Assembly: GCA_049724395.1 (NCBI GenBank)
Contig: JAUGWO010000121.1
Location: 62,001-126,000, forward strand
From: Spongospora subterranea f. sp. subterranea
Lineage: Eukaryota
Reading direction: 5' to 3'
Length of the DNA stretch: 64,000 bases
The position numbers were made by a program, and so were the translations under genes. This document shows, piece by piece, positions 25,886-39,329 of this stretch (position 1 is the stretch's first letter; each line of letters begins with the position of its first letter). Under the pieces are notes generated by a model. The model did no database searches, was not told the DNA's origin, and saw only the letters and a program-made list of their open reading frames with translations.

Positions 25886-28800
25886 TTAACGATTTTTTGG
25901 CCCTTTATTGCGTTTCATGACACTCTTCTTATCGTTTGAAGTCTTAATGCTGCCAATCCCGGGTGCCGACACCTTCGATGATGGAGGTAGAACGGTCGCC
26001 ACATCACCATCATGCCCTGCCTTGATCACAGTTTTAACCTTCTCCGCATCGCTCCCTTCGCACATGCGCATTACTAATGCAGTACAGGATTTGGCAGCAG
26101 TGCCTGACAATCAGTCAAGCGATCAACATTCACATCAAAATTTCTAAATATAAACCTCGTTTTTCGTTCCCTGGAATCACTTTCACTTTGAATCGGTAAT
26201 CATGGATGGAACTATAGGGTGCACACATTGGCAGGGCATACAGAATTTCGTCTTCTTCGTGAGGGAGGCCGGTTAGGGAATGCAAATTGAACTCTTCCCC
26301 GATTATGTTCGGCCCCGTAATTTCTTCACGATCGTGATCTCGTCCTATACGACGATCGCATCGGACTTCGCCAAATCACTCATACATGTGAGAGAAAACT
26401 TACCGAGTTGAACAGCTTTGTTTAATATCGTCTTATCCACACCAGCTAAAGCAGGACAATCCCGAACAACGTGGCCTTGCTCTGAAAACTCGATTATTAG
26501 TTTTTTGAAAACCGTTCGTCCAAGAAAAATTGTACCGGAGCAATTGAAGCATATTTTCACAAGCCAATCCTGCTCCGGGAGCATACTTGGTGACACATCG
26601 AAATCAGACCCTTCTTCGGTGTCGCTGGCTGTGGCTGCCTTCTCGTTTGTCCCGTCTTCGATGTCTGGTGAAATCCCATGAACTTCTTTAACGGTGGAGG
26701 TCCCGAGTAATTGCAATGCTCTGTCACGATCGACCTCGTCCTAAAAACGTTGCGATGGGCCCAGGCCAATTCAAGGTCAACTCTATCAAGTAAAGCTCCC
26801 TAACCTGATCGGCATATTTGCTTTTGATCTTTTTAATTTTTGACCGCTTCCCACGAGGCAGAACGGCTGGCGCCGACTCGGTTGGCGTAACAACAATCGC
26901 TGCAGGTTGCGCTTTTTGCATCGTCGGCTCCTCAATACGGCCTTTAGCCGATCGAGTAAACACACGCAAGAAATCAATCGAACGCATTTCCAACCAGTTT
27001 TCTTGAGCAGCTTCCTTTGTCTAGCGGTTAGTCGAGGTTGCGGGCGTTTCATATCTTCAGACTCTTCGTCTTCCAGCTCACCATTGGCAGCGAATAAACC
27101 GCGATTATAATTGACCGAAAACTGCTGGGGTAATAAAAGACTGCTCGTTACATCAAACGAAGCTGTTTCCCTGTGGTTGTTCGAAGGCTGATTTCTATCA
27201 AACAACTCAAATTATTAACCACAGTGACCCTGTTAGTTCGACATACAGAGCCTTTTCGGCATTCGCAGACACGGAGTGCTGAGCTCCATCAATTTCTATT
27301 GCTCCAACGCTTCCAGTTTCTACAACTTCGGCATCAATATCTTCATCATCATTAATTTGAGCATGTTTGTCCTTCAATGCATCGATCGATGCTTCATGCT
27401 GATTATCAAGAGCGTCGGGTATCGACATCACTTCAACATTTTCCTCGTTTGAGCCAGTGGGGGCAGCATCAGCGAGGAAGCTGGCCGTTGCATTCGCCAT
27501 CTGAAAGAAAGTTCGCTGAATTTCATATGGGGGTACTGATCTAACATGAAGTTCGACCTGCATTGACAGCTGATTTACATCCTGCTGATCCTCATTAGGA
27601 TTTCGCTCCATGTGCATGACGATGTAAGCAATCGTCGGTCACGCGAAATATAAATGTGAAACCTGGGATGCCAATAAACTTCAATAGCACAAACGGTTGT
27701 GAACACGTTACCAAATATAAGTTGCGATGGAGGCATGTAATTACGCTTTCCTCGAACCATAAACGCCCCAGTGGCTATCGACATACCAGTTGGCGCTGTT
27801 TTCGAAACCTAATCAAAAACACCTCAATGCATCTGGAAAGTCCAAAGAAGTTTTGCTAACTTGATCAGCCTTCACCCAGTATGCTGACGCAATGGCCTTG
27901 CTAGTCCACGCAGCGCTTCGACAAACGCTAAATTGTGCAGCCTCCTGTTCCTATTAAGTTACTGTTTGTGAAAACAAGAAACTCCTACCTCTAACGACCT
28001 TACGGGAACTGGGTCAAGACCATCCGGATTCAAAAGAACTACGCTACTAGCGCCATGCAGATCAGCATGGAAATATAAATCCTTAGGCCCTAAATGACGT
28101 CTGACAAGCTGTTGAAAAGAATCGTATATGTTATTTTCTGAAAACTCGGAATGGCGAGATATCACACTGACCAATTCATTTTGTTGTGCGTCTCTCCCTC
28201 CAATAACCAGAAAATTCTCGCTTGTTATAAACCAATAAAATTTTTCAAACCAATGGATCTTGCGCCGCACACTAAGGGCTTTGGCGCCAACTGTTCCAAG
28301 TTTCTGCGCTTTTTTCAAATCCTTCTGTGACTGAAGCTTAGCACTCCGCAAAGCAATCTCGGATGCCATCTAACAAAAAAGATTCAGTTGGGCGAAACAC
28401 AAAGCGGCATTGCCCAGACTACCTGAGTTCTTTCCGATTTTCCGGCAGCTTTTTTTTTCGCATTGTAATACAAATTGGCGTTGGCGTGGGCCGAAAGGCC
28501 CAGATCGATACTAACAGCGACCTTTTTCTCACCAAGGGCCAAAGTGATTGAATTTTTCTCGAATTGTAATGACTTTATGCAAGCGGCGACCGGGTTTTGA
28601 CCGTGCGCTCTTTCCTCAGCGACAAATCTTTCCAATTCTTGCCAGGCGATACCATTAGCAAGTTCAGTACGTAGTGCACTAATAACATTCTCCACCTGAC
28701 GCAAATTATCAGAAAATTTTAGCAGATAATATACGATTTGCCAACCAAATCAAGATTGTCTTCGATCAGGCGAGCTATTTCTTGATTTCGAACAGAGGTG

Positions 28801-30062
28801 CTTTCAAGGTTTTTTATTCGCTGATCGAGGTCTCGCTGCATTTTTTCTTCTTTCGAAAGCGCTTTTGTCTCAGTCTTTACGGATTGCTGAATTTTCTGAA
28901 GCGATTCAAGATTTGAATAAAACGCATCCATTCTGAAAATATAGAGTTAAAACCAATTTAAGCAGCCACGTTGTTCAATATTACGCTTCATTGAGCGTTG
29001 GAAACTGTTTGAAATCCTTGCCATCGTGTTCTTTCAAAAAAACGGAAGAAAATTCAGTATTCTTCCCGTCTTTGCTGAATAAGTATCCTGTAGTTGGAAC
29101 ATCAAGCGCTTTCAGTCTCGATATCATCGCATCAACGGCGGATAACACAGAAACCACAGCAGGCAACGAGGCATTGACTGTTTCGTCGAGTGACAGTTCA
29201 CGTAAACATTCGCTGACCAATTGTTTTGGCCAACCGAGTGCCGCACAAGTCGATAACAGAGATTTATCGCCACCTTCAATAACATCCGGAATTTGAGGCA
29301 TGGGTGTTGATTGCTCTATGGGATAGCGCTGATGGACCGCCACTTTACCAGTTGAAGTAGTTTCATAAGGTCGCAGCAAACTCATGATGATGAGCGAAGA
29401 ATCAGTCAGAATTATATTCCCGCCAGAGTGTAATTCCACGAAAATATGATACGCATGTTCCCCAGTTCCGAATATTATCTACGAAAAGTTATTAACAAGA
29501 CGCCGCTACAAAACGACGAGGACATTACTTGAAGAACGCGATCAAACCCGCATTGGCGGATTCCCTCTAAACGCCTGTTAATCTCTCAGCATTACTCAAC
29601 AGTAGCGGAATATAGCGCAAACCTGGTGCGAAGATGTTTGCGAAGTTTCATCGCAAAAGGGTTTGGTAGGGCGGCCATTTCTCTTTCGAAAGCAGTTAAG
29701 TGAAATCGGATGCCCGATTCAACAATTAAAAACGCTTTATAACCTCCCGTACGACCAAACTTAAACAGATATGTTCTTGCATTAAGATCGTAGACGTTTG
29801 TTAAACGACATCCTGCCAGTGCAATGGATAATTCTTTGACTGACGCGGCGACATCAACCGAAGTTAGGTGTCCTTTACCCACTAGCAAACAACACAAGTT
29901 TGAATTACGACAAAGCCCAACGAGCGAAAAAATAAAGTCGGCAAGACACTGAACGCAAAAAGGTCTATTATATTAACATGTGAGATAACAGGGGTATGGA
30001 CAATTAATAGATAAACTTGATGATCGGCGCTACTTTGAAAGTTTACATCAAAATGACCTACT
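25886..30062 (-). CDS. NEMF: Ribosome quality control subunit NEMF/Rqc2 (multi-exon)
   Basis: LTSVDV...[17 protein letters not shown]...[93 protein letters not shown]. Confidence 0.95.
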
Positions 30063-30633
30063 TCTCAATGAAAACCGGGACGGCAGATGATTGCAGCCTT
30101 GTTATGACGCCACCTCAATCGTTAAGCAGTAGAAGATCTCCGCACCGCTCAGTCGAAAACTGCGAAACTGGTTTTATCGGCAACTTTTCTGATTAATGAC
30201 GATTCTAGACCAACGATCAATATATCCGCAATAGTAGACGAATTGAGCTACCGACAGTCGTAGAACTCCCGGCGGTTGTCTGCACTGATGACAAAGCTTG
30301 GATTACTCACGGCACATTGTCTTTACAGTCTTTTTTAAGTGTTTCAAGGGTTGTTATCAAGATGATTTAATCCTGTATGATGCTGGTAACATTGACGACT
30401 GATCGCGACTGGGCGAATCAGAGATTCGGCAATGAACTATCAACACCTCCGCGTTCTCAAGTCTAACCATAGCGCACTACATAAGTGTCAGAACTAACGT
30501 CAGCCAATGCAGCCCTACCATCCCATCATTAACGCTACAGTATTTCAACCGAAAGTAACATCACCTCTATTTCGCTCAACAAGTTTCATTTTATTTTATA
30601 TATCGCGCATCAGCAGTTTATCAACAGAATACA

Positions 30634-32064
30634 ATGGAAGGCCAAGGAAACCGGGAAAAGTTCGACCTCCTGCACGACTTGATCCGATTAGAGCTGGAGG
30701 ATCCTGACCCATCTCGAATCTCTGAATTATTACAGATCTTCGCGCGATTTTGCGACGAACGGTGTCCTCATGAGATTGTTGTGAACCCACGATGGCCAGT
30801 GACAACGTCTACGAACGATACCGGATCACGACCTTCGATTTCTGCCACGGAACTTGAAGCAGGCGGAAAACCAATCAGCATCGCTTCTGACGATAGTTAT
30901 TATTATACCAACAAGGTTGGTTCCAAGGTTATCCTCCAACTTTGGAAATGACAGGTGTCACTAGAAGATTGTATCATCAGCATTAGCAGAAGCTATATTA
31001 TTTTCAAAACTACAAAGATTGGAACAGCAAAAGCAAAAAAATCTGCGCCGAATCTTTAAAACAGCGAATTGCAACAACAAAAATGAATATCGAAAGGGCA
31101 GGGAAAACAAACTAAAATCTAAAAGTGCTCCGAGGACGCAGAAAATCATCACTATGGCAATGATACAGTCAACGGCACTTGCTAAAACGAACCGATTTGA
31201 AGATTTGAAACTCAGGCAGTCTACTGCGAAGGTGCTTCAGCTTTATTCAGCAAATCAATGTTTTCACCATAAATTTTGCAGTTGATGGACCCAGACATTA
31301 CTTCACAATCATGGAATGGCACCAACAGAAAACTGGTCAAGTTCCACATCAGCGAGGATTGTCCAACATCTGCGAACCAAAGTGAAATATGTGATACAGA
31401 TGTTCTCATTCAGAATATCTGCATAACATCACAGGAATCAACGAACCTCCATGCCGAAATTTTGCACTGCGAGAACATTGTACCAAAGAAAAACGACGTC
31501 AACAAAAAGTCCATTGCTCAGGTGGACAACAGTGCACTTTCCATTGAATCGTCAAGGACGTTGCATAAATGGGAAATCACAAGCACGTTAAAAAACTCAA
31601 TCGTTGAGCAGATCACCTCAGTAGTCCAAGAACCGTCGATATCAACAAATATTCCGATCAACTCGTTACACGTATCCCTATGCCTTTTTCAAAACGAGTT
31701 ACCGGAACGAGTAGCTGCCGAAAGCGAGAAAAGGCTTCAATCGGTTATTTCAGCGGGAAATCACGTTAACATGGCCTTGGAGGTAGCACCTCAGATCCAA
31801 TCAACAAAACAATCCAAGTCAAGTCTGATCAAACACTCAAGGCTTGCGAAAATTTACAGGGCAGCAAAATTATGGAATGACGAATTTAATTCCTTCTCCG
31901 ACGACGTAATGTGTTACATCGCCCAACCGCTAATCATTTTCCAAAGGAAAGCAGAAACGAACAGGCGTCTTCGAAGGCGAAAATGGCGACGTATAGTAAA
32001 CATTTCGAAAGAATCGGTGCAACTTCTGTTCAACAAAACCAAGAAGTTCTACAACTCGATTTAA
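30634..32064 (+). CDS. Hypothetical protein (multi-exon)
   Basis: Same-strand ORFs 30634-30951, 31019-31285 and 31276-32064 separated by short intron-like gaps. Low-complexity/coiled-coil sequence. Confidence 0.5.
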
Positions 32065-32139
32065 TTTCTACTCTATTATTGAGTCTTTTTCCACTTGAAT
32101 TGTTAGATTTTGAACAGAATTTTGCAGAATAGAATACGC

Positions 32140-33479
32140 GGTATTTAAGATGGCCGAATGGGCAGCGTCGGACCGGACACGAATTTGGACAGTTCCGATG
32201 ATGTCACCAGGGATGAATGACCAAAATCGAGCGGTCCTGCATTCCAAGACGCCATCAAGGGCGGAAACCTAAATATAAAAAGATGATGATCGAATGACAA
32301 TCTTCACCGGAGCGAACGTACGTCACGCATTCGTTTATAATGCGAGTCTGCGTCCTCATACGGTCTGGTTTGTAGTAGAATGTATGCAGAGTTTACGAAA
32401 ACCGGAGCAATTAAATAAAATGCTACCGCAGCGTGGAATGTTGCAGCAATCTAAAACCAAAATGGATTCAGTCACTTCAACAAACATCGTATAACGAGCT
32501 GTTCAGGTTACAAAATAAACAGCTTCTGATGTTGGTATTGTTGAACCAATTAGCGAAAACCAGCCTTCCAATGCCGTCACATAGAATGTAAAGAAAAATG
32601 CAGTTCAGATTCGCATGACGTGCACCATTAGAAAGACGACTATAACCTGGACAGGCGTTGAATAACAATTTATCAGAAATGGAAGGTACTCACCCCGCGA
32701 CGAAAGGTCATCAAGCGAACGATTCGCCCGAAAAAGCACGATGCCGAAAAGATTAACACATACGCCAATTAATTCAAAATGTATCATTCGAGGCACAGAA
32801 TTTCGAGAGCCAGTCAAAACTGCATGAATCGTCTCCATGAATGTAAAAAATGCATTGAACATGAGAAATGTGGCCGTGGTAAAGCACGAAAGGACCTCGC
32901 ATCTTGCATAACCTAGCTATCAACTCATTACGTAATTCAAAAAGCAGCATCGATGCCAAACCGAAGGTGAACATCGCGTCAGCAGATCGTTTGGAAAACG
33001 TCATGCATGCCAATGAAACGACAAGAATGGATGAATCAAACGTATTTGTGAGAGAAGATGTGACAAGACCTAGGTAAAAACAAGGTCACCTATCTAAAAT
33101 CATGGATGAGCAAGGGATGGGACAAACCAATATTCAAAAAGACGATTCCAAACAGAAATTTCACAAAAATAAATATTCCCAGAAGTGAGAGATACGTGGC
33201 TAAGTCTTTGGAATCGGCATCACTTGATAGCATTCGGGAAAACCTAGCTAGTGAAACCTCGTCGTACCCCAATATCCTTTGAATCCAGGATTTTATAGCA
33301 CGCGTATATTTAGCTCCAACCTTGTTTTTACGACCATAACGGTTCTAAGCCGGTATTAATCAAAAATGTACAATCCAAAAGAAACACGACTAACGTACAA
33401 CCGTTCCAACGTTAATTGTAGTCTCTCCCGAAGAACTCACAACAGGAAGCAGGGTTGGAAAGGGAACCGAGTCCTGCAT
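32140..33479 (-). CDS. Cation diffusion facilitator (SLC30/ZnT-like) transporter (multi-exon; 3' end approximate)
   Basis: Transmembrane exons DSKDLATYLSLLGIFIFVKFLFG, SKRSADAMFTFG, FTFMETIHAV, IGVCVNLFGIVLF and NLNCIFLYILCDGIG match the CDF helix pattern. Confidence 0.7.
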
Positions 33480-34515
33480 CCCAATGTGAGTGATTTAGAC
33501 GATGTATGTGGGTTGTTTCTTGGCTGGCTAAACGTCAATCACGGAGTTCATCTTTGGTATATCTCGAGGCGATAAGCAGCTATGCCAATACGAGAGAGAG
33601 AGAGGGTTGGGTGTTATGGGTATCTAGTTCCGCTCTTCAAATGCAGTTCCAGTGCGGTGCCTCGGCCGCTCTGCCAGGTATTATTGAGGTTGGTCGGTCG
33701 ACCCCTTAACTGTAAGTTAGGTGGCCGCGCCTCATATCCTCCTTGTGATCGTGTATGGCAGTGGAATACAAGTTCCATTGGCCAGAATTGTTATGCCCTA
33801 AGAATGATGATCAATTATTTCGAATTGAGTTTTGATGTTGGCTTCCTGGTCATTAACTGGACTTATGTCACCAATCAGTAAAAAAGTAGTGAGGGTATGG
33901 ATTGCTTGGGATATAAGAGTATTGTAAATTGAAAAGGTTCGATGAACTATTGTAAATCGTAATGGAGGTAGTAAAGAGTTTTGAATATTGCTAGACTTTA
34001 CAATATATTTGAGGATACCGATAGTCGCAGCTAATCTAATTGACAATATGGGTCCAAACAGTCAGAGCAGAAAGAAGTCAATGTCAATTTGTAAAGTGTC
34101 AAGCAGATCACTTGGCGCCGCAGCCGTTCTTTTGCCCATATGAGGAAATTAATAAAATGTTAGCACCCTTGACTTTCATCATCTCTACCATGCACTGCTG
34201 GAGAGCTGTAAAAAACCATCATTGAGCTTCTCTCTTTCCATTTTCAAAGAGTTTGACAGCCTCCACGAGGTCGACGATATTTTTAGGTGCTAATTGGTGC
34301 TGCAAAGATTGAAACAGCCCCAAGCAATTCGACCTGCACCTAAATCATCGACGAGCTCGTGGGAGAGATACATGTCGAAAATCCCCCGGGTCAAGCCTGT
34401 CTGGGGTTCCATTTCCGTTATCTGCGGGTTGCGGAACTGCCAGACGGCACCGGCAGGACGCTGCCGATACCGATCAATATTACTGATTTCTGATTGGCTT
34501 CCACACTGACCCTTC

Positions 34516-36139
34516 ATGTTCGGGCAGAGCAGGTCGGGACTTGATTAATGTCCTATGTTCGGTCTGGCATAACCTGATAATGTTTTAGTGGCCCGGTCAG
34601 CACGGCTGTGGCACCTGCTACCAATCAACAACAGCAATCCACTTCAGAAATTATTCAGTTTGGGACCCCGTTCTCGAAACTTCCTGCTAGTATCCAGACC
34701 AAAGTTCAGGATATTGAGTATGAATCTCGCCCGTTTTTCTTATCAGTGCCTAACTGGTCATTTGCCGTCGTAGTGGCCAATTTCAAAAGCATTCCATGAC
34801 AAGCTCGGAAATCGAACGTCTTCTGGAAGACGCCGAACGATCCGAGCAGTTTGCAGTGAGTGTCGTTAGCAAATTCGAGCAAAGATTGCGATTTTTGCAG
34901 CTTGAAATCAGGAAAACCAAAACGTGTATTTATGGATTTCGAGATCAGGTACGCGAATAAAGTAATCGGTTTTCTATTTTCTTTTCTTTCAAAATTTTTG
35001 CTCAACCTAATTTTTGTCACATTGTCCTTTTAGGTAAGGCGAGAGTTGAAACACGGCGAACAAGCATTATTTTCCAATGCGCGATTAAAGCATAAGAGCA
35101 TTCAGCAGCTTTGGCCTCAACTACCTTCCAGGTTGGCTAATTAATTATGCATATATTGATCAAGGTCTAAGTTTCGACAACATCCAGGTTTTTCTGGGAT
35201 AAGATTGACGAATTTCGTGAGACCATATCGAAACTGTCAAAAGATGTAGAGGATATTCAGAGTCACCTTAATGGCCCTTCTACTCAGATGCCGCCTCCGC
35301 AGGGTTTTCGATTGCGCTGTTTCAGTTTTTTGATGCTGACTATCATTATAGTTTTGCACTCACTGCTTACGACTAATCATGACGAACTGGTTGCACTGAG
35401 TTCGGCGCTTGCTCGGATCCACTCCATCATCAACCAACAGAAAGAAATCTTCTTGGAAGCGAAAGTCTCGAAAAAAGAGAATCCATTTCAAATTGCTCCT
35501 GCCAAGCCTGACTCCTCTGTCTCTGCAGCTGTTGCCGCTAAAAAGCAGCAGCAAATTCTGCTATTAGCACCGCCAACGTCTGCACAGCAGCCTGTTATGC
35601 AGCCTGGTTCAACTTTCGGCGGGAACCAAAATTTGTTCGGCGGAGGCCAGATACCGGCTGGTCAGCCATCTGCAACAGGTCTGTTCGGAGCCACCTCTGG
35701 GCAAGCACAGCAACCGTCAACGTCCTTGTTCGGCACGGCTCCTGGTCCAACCCAACAGCAGCAGCCTGGGGCCTCGAGTCTTTTTGGAGCACAGCAACCT
35801 AATCAGGGTCTGTTTGGCGCCACAGCATCCCAGCAGCAAAAACCCGGTTTGTTTGGTCAGTCGTCAACTAATTTCGGGTCTGGAACGGCGGCACCGTCTT
35901 CTTCCACAGGGACTGGTGGATTATTTGGCTCCACTACAATGGGACAGCAGCAGCAACCTGTTCAGAGTGGTTCAGGACTGTTTAGCGGTGCTGCTGGTCA
36001 AGCGCCGCCGGTAAGTGGTGGTTTGTTCGGCGCCGCATCCGGAAACAGTCTGTTTGGGTCGTCCGCGCAACAAATACCTACCGGAACCGGGACATTTGGG
36101 GCGCCTTCTTCCCAACCATTCCAGTTTGGCCAACGATAA
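34516..36139 (+). CDS. NUP58: FG-repeat nucleoporin, Nup58/Nup49-like (multi-exon)
   Basis: TPFSKLPASIQTKVQDIE, a coiled coil with HDELVALSSALARIH...ENPF, and many GLFG/SLFG repeats. Confidence 0.75.
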
Positions 36140-36262
36140 GAAATCTTCTGATGAATATCATGTTGCTTCTGGATAGATCCAGGTTGAGCGTTTTTTTGCT
36201 TTAACGGTTGTTTGCTGATTCGCGACAATCCGAATCCTAATACATCAATAGTTATATCTACT

Positions 36263-36827
36263 TTATTTAGTGTGAATTTGCATATGTCGCGCTCGGGAAC
36301 TTGAATGTGAGAAATGTCTGGGACATAATGGACAATGATAACGTGGTAAACCAGTGTGCAGCTTCAGATGCCGTTTCAGATCCCTGCAAAGGTTGAATTG
36401 AAAAGAAAAAAAGTAAATCATTATCTGCCATACCCGTTACTACAGAAAAATTCTGGGCAAATTTCGCATTGAAATGTTTTTGCAGCACTGTGAACTTTAA
36501 CTATAGAGCGACGATTACTTTTCCTTGTCATTATACAAATATGCTGAAATTCAATGTACCATGACTGTCAAGATAACTTTGCAGAATAAAGGTCTTCTGA
36601 CAGATTTCGCAAACCAGCTTTCTCTTTGACCTATATTAGAAATGGTAAAACACATGAAATTATTCAGCGATGATCTTTGAAATAATTACAGAGCCCACTA
36701 ACATATGGAATTTGTAATGTTCATCAAGCAGGTGTTTCGTGTGGAAGTTGAGGGCGCAGATAGAGCAGGCGAATTGTCGGCTGAATCCAGGATCTACCAG
36801 ATCGTCTGCAGACTTCCCATTCTCCAT
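36263..36827 (-). CDS. C2H2 zinc-finger transcription factor, 4 fingers (multi-exon; may extend further 5')
   Basis: Manual spliced translation: FACSICALNFHTKHLLDEHYKFH / LVCEICQKTFILQSYLDSH / FQCEICPEFFCSN..DLKRHLKLHTG / YHCPLCPRHFSHSSSRARHMQIHTK*. Not in the ORF track. Confidence 0.88.
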
Positions 36828-37276
36828 GGGTGGTATCCAGTCACCTACAGATCACACCATTGACATCATTGAATACAGAAAGCCCAATAAGCGAATGGCA
36901 GGGCATCAAAGGAACGGGAATTGGGTTATGTGAAAGTTCTATGGTCAACGTACGTTCTCTGTTATAGATTATTTTCGACTGGGAATTGCTCTATTGATAA
37001 AGCAATAGGTCTGCTCGAAGTCGTTTTGTCCAAAACTGTCGATTAGCTTTTTTACACACAGTTAAAGTGCGTGAAAGATTGAAGCGCAACGTGATTCATA
37101 ACTCAATCAAAGAACCAAATCCAGTCAGACTCCCAAAGGTAAACTAAAAATTACAATAGAAAGAAGACGTTTTATTATAGATTACTGAATGTATTTTATT
37201 CTCTTTATTCAAGTAATCCCACTGGTGTTATGTCTGAGGTGGAAAATGGATAAAAATTAGGGCACCTAATTGAGGA

Positions 37277-37666
37277 CTAAATTTTTTCCCAGATACTGCA
37301 TTGCTCAGGATCTTTTAACAATTTTTGACGAATCGACTCCGGAGCTGATATAAAGCAATCAATCATAAAAGAAGCATCGGCATGACAACAACAGTTTCTT
37401 ACGCTTGAGTCCTAATCTGTCAGCACGCAGCCAGCGATCCAGTCTTGTCAGCCCTTTACATGGACCATATTTCATATCCATATCGAACAGAAACAATTCT
37501 CGATCACGCTTTCTATCATCGGCAACAGCCTCAGTAGACTCACTCGCTAAACCGTGAACAATTTTAGCTACATAACATGGAGCCCCTCCTCCAGCTCACC
37601 CGGAATTGGCGATCCACCTGACCTTCGCTTTGGGACAGACTGACGAGCTCGTTTTCCGTCGGGCAT
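37277..37666 (-). CDS. POLD4: DNA polymerase delta subunit 4 (p12/Cdm1)
   Basis: Manual spliced translation MPDGKRARQSVPKR...ELFLFDMDMKYGPCKGLTRLDRWLRADRLGLKP|PESIRQKLL...CSIWEKI* matches the p12 signature FD...YGPC.G.TRL.RW.RA..LGL.PP. Intron at 37345-37402. Confidence 0.92.
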
Positions 37667-37754
37667 ATTTACGGCCGATGATTCCAACGGTCTCCGAAGG
37701 GTAATGAATATGATTGCGAATAAGATGTTTCAACCGATAGGTGAAGAGGTTCCG

Positions 37755-39017
37755 ATCATGAATAGAGTTTATGATGTGGTAATGAATAGTGTACCAGGTA
37801 GAGCAATGACAATTCTATAGGCCGACTCTATAGATAGGAGAGACTGTCATACTAGGAAACAGAATAACTTGATTGGGTAGAGCTAAGTGATCATGAATAT
37901 AGTAACGGAGAATCAGGTAATGATGTGGTGATGAATAGTGTATCAGGTAGAGCAATGACAATAACCGACTTTATATAGATAGGAGAGACTGTCATACTAG
38001 GAAACAGAATAACTTGATTGGGTAGAGCTAAGTGATCATGAATATAGTAACGGAGAATCAGGTAATGATGTGGTGATGAATAGTGTATCAGGTAGAGCAA
38101 TGACAATAACCGACTTTATATAGATATCAGGTAGAGCAATGACAATAACCGACTTTATATAGATAGGAGAGACTGTCATACTAGGAAACAGAATAACTTG
38201 ATTGGGTAGAGCTAAGTGATCTGTAACGGAGAATCAGGTAATGATGTGGTGATGAATAGTGTATCAGGTAGAGCAATGACAATAACCGACTTTATATAGA
38301 TAGGAGAGACTGTCATACTAGGAAACAGAATAACTTGATTGGGTAGAGCTAAGTGATCATGAATATAGTAACGGAGAATCAGGTTATGATGTGGTGATGA
38401 ATAGTGTATCAGGTAGAGCAATGACAATAACCGACTTTATATAGATAGGAGAGACTGTCATACTAGGAAACAGAATAACTTGATTGGGTAGAGCTAAGTG
38501 ATCATGAACATAGTAACGGAGAATCAGGTAATGATGTGGTGATGAATAGTGTATCAGGTAGAGCAATGACAATAACCGACTTTATATAGATAGGAGAGAC
38601 TGTCATACTAGGAAACAGAATAACTTGATTGGGTAGAGCTAAGTGATCATGAATATAGTAACGGAGAATCAGGTAATGATGTGGTGATGAATAGTGTATC
38701 AGGTAGAGCAATGACAATAACCGACTTTATACTTTATATAGATAGGAGACACTGTCATACTAGGAAACAGAATAACTTGATTGGGTAGAGCTAAGTGATC
38801 ATGAATATAGTAACGGAGAATCAGGTAATGATGTGGTGATGAATAGTGTATCAGGTAGAGCAATGACAATAACCGACTTTATATAGATAGGAGACACTGT
38901 CATACTAGGAAACAGAATAACTTGATTGGGTAGAGCTAAGTGATCATGAATATAGTAACGGCGAATCAGGTAATGATGTGGTGATGAATAGTGTATCAGG
39001 TAGAGCAATGACAATAA
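37755..39017. repeat. 145-bp tandem repeat array, about 8.5 near-identical copies
   Basis: Unit GTAATGATGTGGTGATGAATAGTGTATCAGGTAGAGCAATGACAATAACCGACTTTATATAGATAGGAGAGACTGTCATACTAGGAAACAGAATAACTTGATTGGGTAGAGCTAAGTGATCATGAATATAGTAACGGAGAATCAG. Period 145 (for example 37911 to 38056). Confidence 0.97.
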
Positions 39018-39329
39018 CAATCATATTTGTGTGGTATGATTATAAATATACAATACTCTCCTGACAATAATTCGATGGCCCCTTAATCAAAACGAAGAGA
39101 ACAGGAAAAGCAAGTGAAAGGGGATGTGCCCAATCTAGGAGATTCATCGTATTATGATCAGAAAGTACGGTATTGCAGCAAAACTAATCAGATCTCTTTT
39201 ATAATAGGGGGTATCAAACCTGTTGAAATGACCGAATCTCCCGCGGAATATTTTTGGCGGGAAATTCGGTTTTCCCGCATACCAAAATCAGCGTAAGATC
39301 CGTTTTGAAATTTGGGGGTGTCAAACCTG

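Noticed and set aside
35580..36130. Repetitive GC-rich DNA as a non-coding repeat
   Set aside because: It is explained by nucleoporin GLFG/FG repeats.
37755..39017. Array as CRISPR, snoRNA cluster or spliced-leader RNA array
   Set aside because: There are no variable spacers. A C-box-like GTGATGA is present, but there is no CTGA D box on that strand. No Sm-site-like U-tract was seen.
37891..39020. Repeated 62-73 aa ORFs (MSLLYLIHYSSPHH...)
   Set aside because: They are by-products of the 145-bp unit, which is not a multiple of 3, and they rely on non-ATG starts.
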